The notes under the pieces were generated by a model. The model made no database searches and was not told the origin of the DNA. It worked only from the letters and a program-made list of their open reading frames with translations. This document shows positions 62,333 to 64,000 of a DNA stretch of 64,000 nt, one piece after another; the stretch's first letter is position 1; each line of letters begins with the position of its first letter. Source of the stretch: Oopsacas minuta. Taxonomy: Eukaryota; Animalia; Porifera. The DNA lies in assembly GCA_024704765.1 (NCBI GenBank), contig JAKMXF010000322.1, forward strand, positions 1 through 64,000. Direction: 5' to 3'. Made by a program: the position numbers and the translations under genes.

Positions 62333-64000
62333 TCAAAGATTCAAATCTATCAAATCGATAGGGTGTGAAAATTTATTGAAGGAAGTTGCGTATTTTAATA
62401 TTTGTTGGAACTTTGTAAAGTCTTCTATTCTTGGTTTAATTCTTATTTCTCTTGATTTGTTTGTGTGTAAGTAAATGCGTTTATCTTTCTCGAAAATCTC
62501 ACAGATATTTTTCGGGAGTTCTGAGATCGGAATTTCATACTTTTCAATATTAGAGAGATGGGAGTGTTTCCTTGTGAAGACGATCTCATTTTCATAGAGT
62601 TGTAGGAGGTATTTATGACTCCTACATAGCTTTAATTTAGAGTTATCCTTCAGTTTAAGCTTAACACCGGATATAAAGCTCACTGGCTGTTTCCCAGTAC
62701 CGTTTAATATCGGTTTACATTCACCGGCGCAATCGGAAATCTCAAAACCGTCCCCAAAGCTTCCGGAATCTGAGGAGCCACTGGAGGTATTATTAGACCG
62801 CAGGGAGCTAGCGTCATCAGGTGATAGGGTAGAGGGGTACTCCTTTGGTATGGACAGACACTGACTGACGGGATTAAGGGCGCCAAATGGGTCAGTTTCT
62901 GTCCTATTGGTTGATCCCCCATAGCTTTTAATTTTGCGATGTCCTATTTTCTTAGAAATTTGGAAATCAGTGGGTAGGGTAGAGGTGGACACATTTAGAG
63001 GGTTACAAATGGGCGATAGGATCCCGAACTGCCCGATAGCTCGGAATTCAGGGGGAGTAGGGCAGCGGTTGTCGAGGGCCATCTTATTAGAAGCTCCTAT
63101 TATCAGAGGAGACCGTTTTCGTGGAATGGTAGCACATTTTCTTGGAGAACCATGGGGTGTTAGAGGATTAGAGTTAGTTGGTCTGAGGGTACGGATGGAG
63201 TCCAGTTCCTCTGCTTCGATCTGTAGGGACAGCTTAAAAACGTCAGTCTCAAAGAATCTCTCAAACTCGTTAAGATAACAATTCTGTAATTGTTGTTGTA
63301 GAGAACTCTTCAATTTCGGGTTTTCCTTGAATTCATATAATACGATAGATCGCTGGTAATATCCCAGCTGACTGACTAGCTGATCATAGACCTCCAGGGG
63401 CTCTTGACACTCTGAGAGAGAGAGATCAGAAGCAGCGGACAATTCCACAAACCTCTTGGTGTAAATACCCAAATATGGGATACAAGGAGGGCTAGATCTC
63501 TTCATATGGTCCCAGAGCTTTTCGTAGTTATTCGAGTGTGATATAACTTCAGTCATATTATCGAATGCCTTTCTACCATCAACTTTTTTCCATGTCCTCT
63601 TCAGTCTAATAATAGCTCTTCTCTCCAAGGAAATAATAATAGCCATAAAGGAATGGAAATTCTTGAATTCTAACAGTTTCTTGGCTATTTTTATGAATTG
63701 GGTTATTATGTCTGCTCGATGTTTCTCAGTTATTTCTAAATTTAGTATACTTTTTGTAACCCAGGCACATGTACGATTGAAGAAATCTTGGAACTCACAG
63801 ATGCAGGGGGCCTTTGAGAATTTGTCCTTCTTTTCCCAGTTACAGTTTGTGAATTCTTCAGGCTGTATTTGAGTGAAGAGGTGCCCGCATAACCTAGTCA
63901 ATTGTTCCGCAACCATTTCCGGTGTTTCTTTCAATAAATCGAAGCGATCAAAGGTGTGAAAAGTGGCACAATGTACTTGAGACATATCTTCCACGCCCGT
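62333..64000 (-). CDS. RALGPS: RalGPS-like Ral GEF (CDC25 domain, Pro-rich linker, PH-like C-terminus); 5' end may lie outside the window
   Basis: FDLLKETPEMVAEQLT, IQPEEF..CNWEKKDK, IAKKLLEFKNFHSFMAI and PPCIPYLGIY; no REM domain seen. The ORF-track start at 63994 is GTG. Confidence 0.8.
   Translation of the reverse strand, partial: TGVEDMSQVHCATFHTFDRFDLLKETPEMVAEQLTRLCGHLFTQIQPEEFTNCNWEKKDKFSKAPCICEFQDFFNRTCAWVTKSILNLEITEKHRADIITQFIKIAKKLLEFKNFHSFMAIIISLERRAIIRLKRTWKKVDGRKAFDNMTEVISHSNNYEKLWDHMKRSSPPCIPYLGIYTKRFVELSAASDLSLSECQEPLEVYDQLVSQLGYYQRSIVLYEFKENPKLKSSLQQQLQNCYLNEFERFFETDVFKLSLQIEAEELDSIRTLRPTNSNPLTPHGSPRKCATIPRKRSPLIIGASNKMALDNRCPTPPEFRAIGQFGILSPICNPLNVSTSTLPTDFQISKKIGHRKIKSYGGSTNRTETDPFGALNPVSQCLSIPKEYPSTLSPDDASSLRSNNTSSGSSDSGSFGDGFEISDCAGECKPILNGTGKQPVSFISGVKLKLKDNSKLKLCRSHKYLLQLYENEIVFTRKHSHLSNIEKYEIPISELPKNICEIFEKDKRIYLHTNKSREIRIKPRIEDFTKFQQILKYATSFNKFSHPIDLIDLNL

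Overview
Eukaryotic (early-branching animal) DNA with an extremely compact gene layout and mostly 45-65 nt GT-AG introns. Gene content and style suggest a sponge, possibly a glass sponge (inference, not verified). Bases 1-3.3 kb are a repeat-rich end with a 313-bp satellite, a degenerate 34-bp array and a 44-bp minisatellite. The 44-bp array is an amplified splice donor of a hidden Cys/Lys/Arg-rich mini-gene. From 3.3 to 56 kb there are about 28 tightly packed genes: ARL-like, NDUFB8, SLC35A3, TTBK, SEC31, GANP, ATG16L1, VTA1, TIMM13, CUL5, RPL30, CHID1, SUPT3H, TFG, CAMSAP, ALG8, a SMOC/SPARC-like gene, SNX3, two Delta-like ligands, a SorCS-like receptor, calmodulin-like, CHMP3, a second ARL-like and three orphans. 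From 56 to 64 kb the window is gene-poor: an ependymin-related gene, a decayed paralogue, a duplicated non-coding block and a RalGPS-like GEF. The best candidate for an undescribed system is 14 consecutive minus-strand genes with stop-to-start gaps as short as 49-66 nt. Almost every start codon sits just behind a 3' splice-site-like TAG, the layout expected of operons resolved by spliced-leader trans-splicing. A second strong signal is the large excess of the palindromes TGACGTCA (21 copies found by eye) and ATCAGCTGAT (8 copies) in exons and introns alike. No rRNA, tRNA, CRISPR or recognisable transposase was seen. Exon boundaries were derived by hand; no database searches were run.
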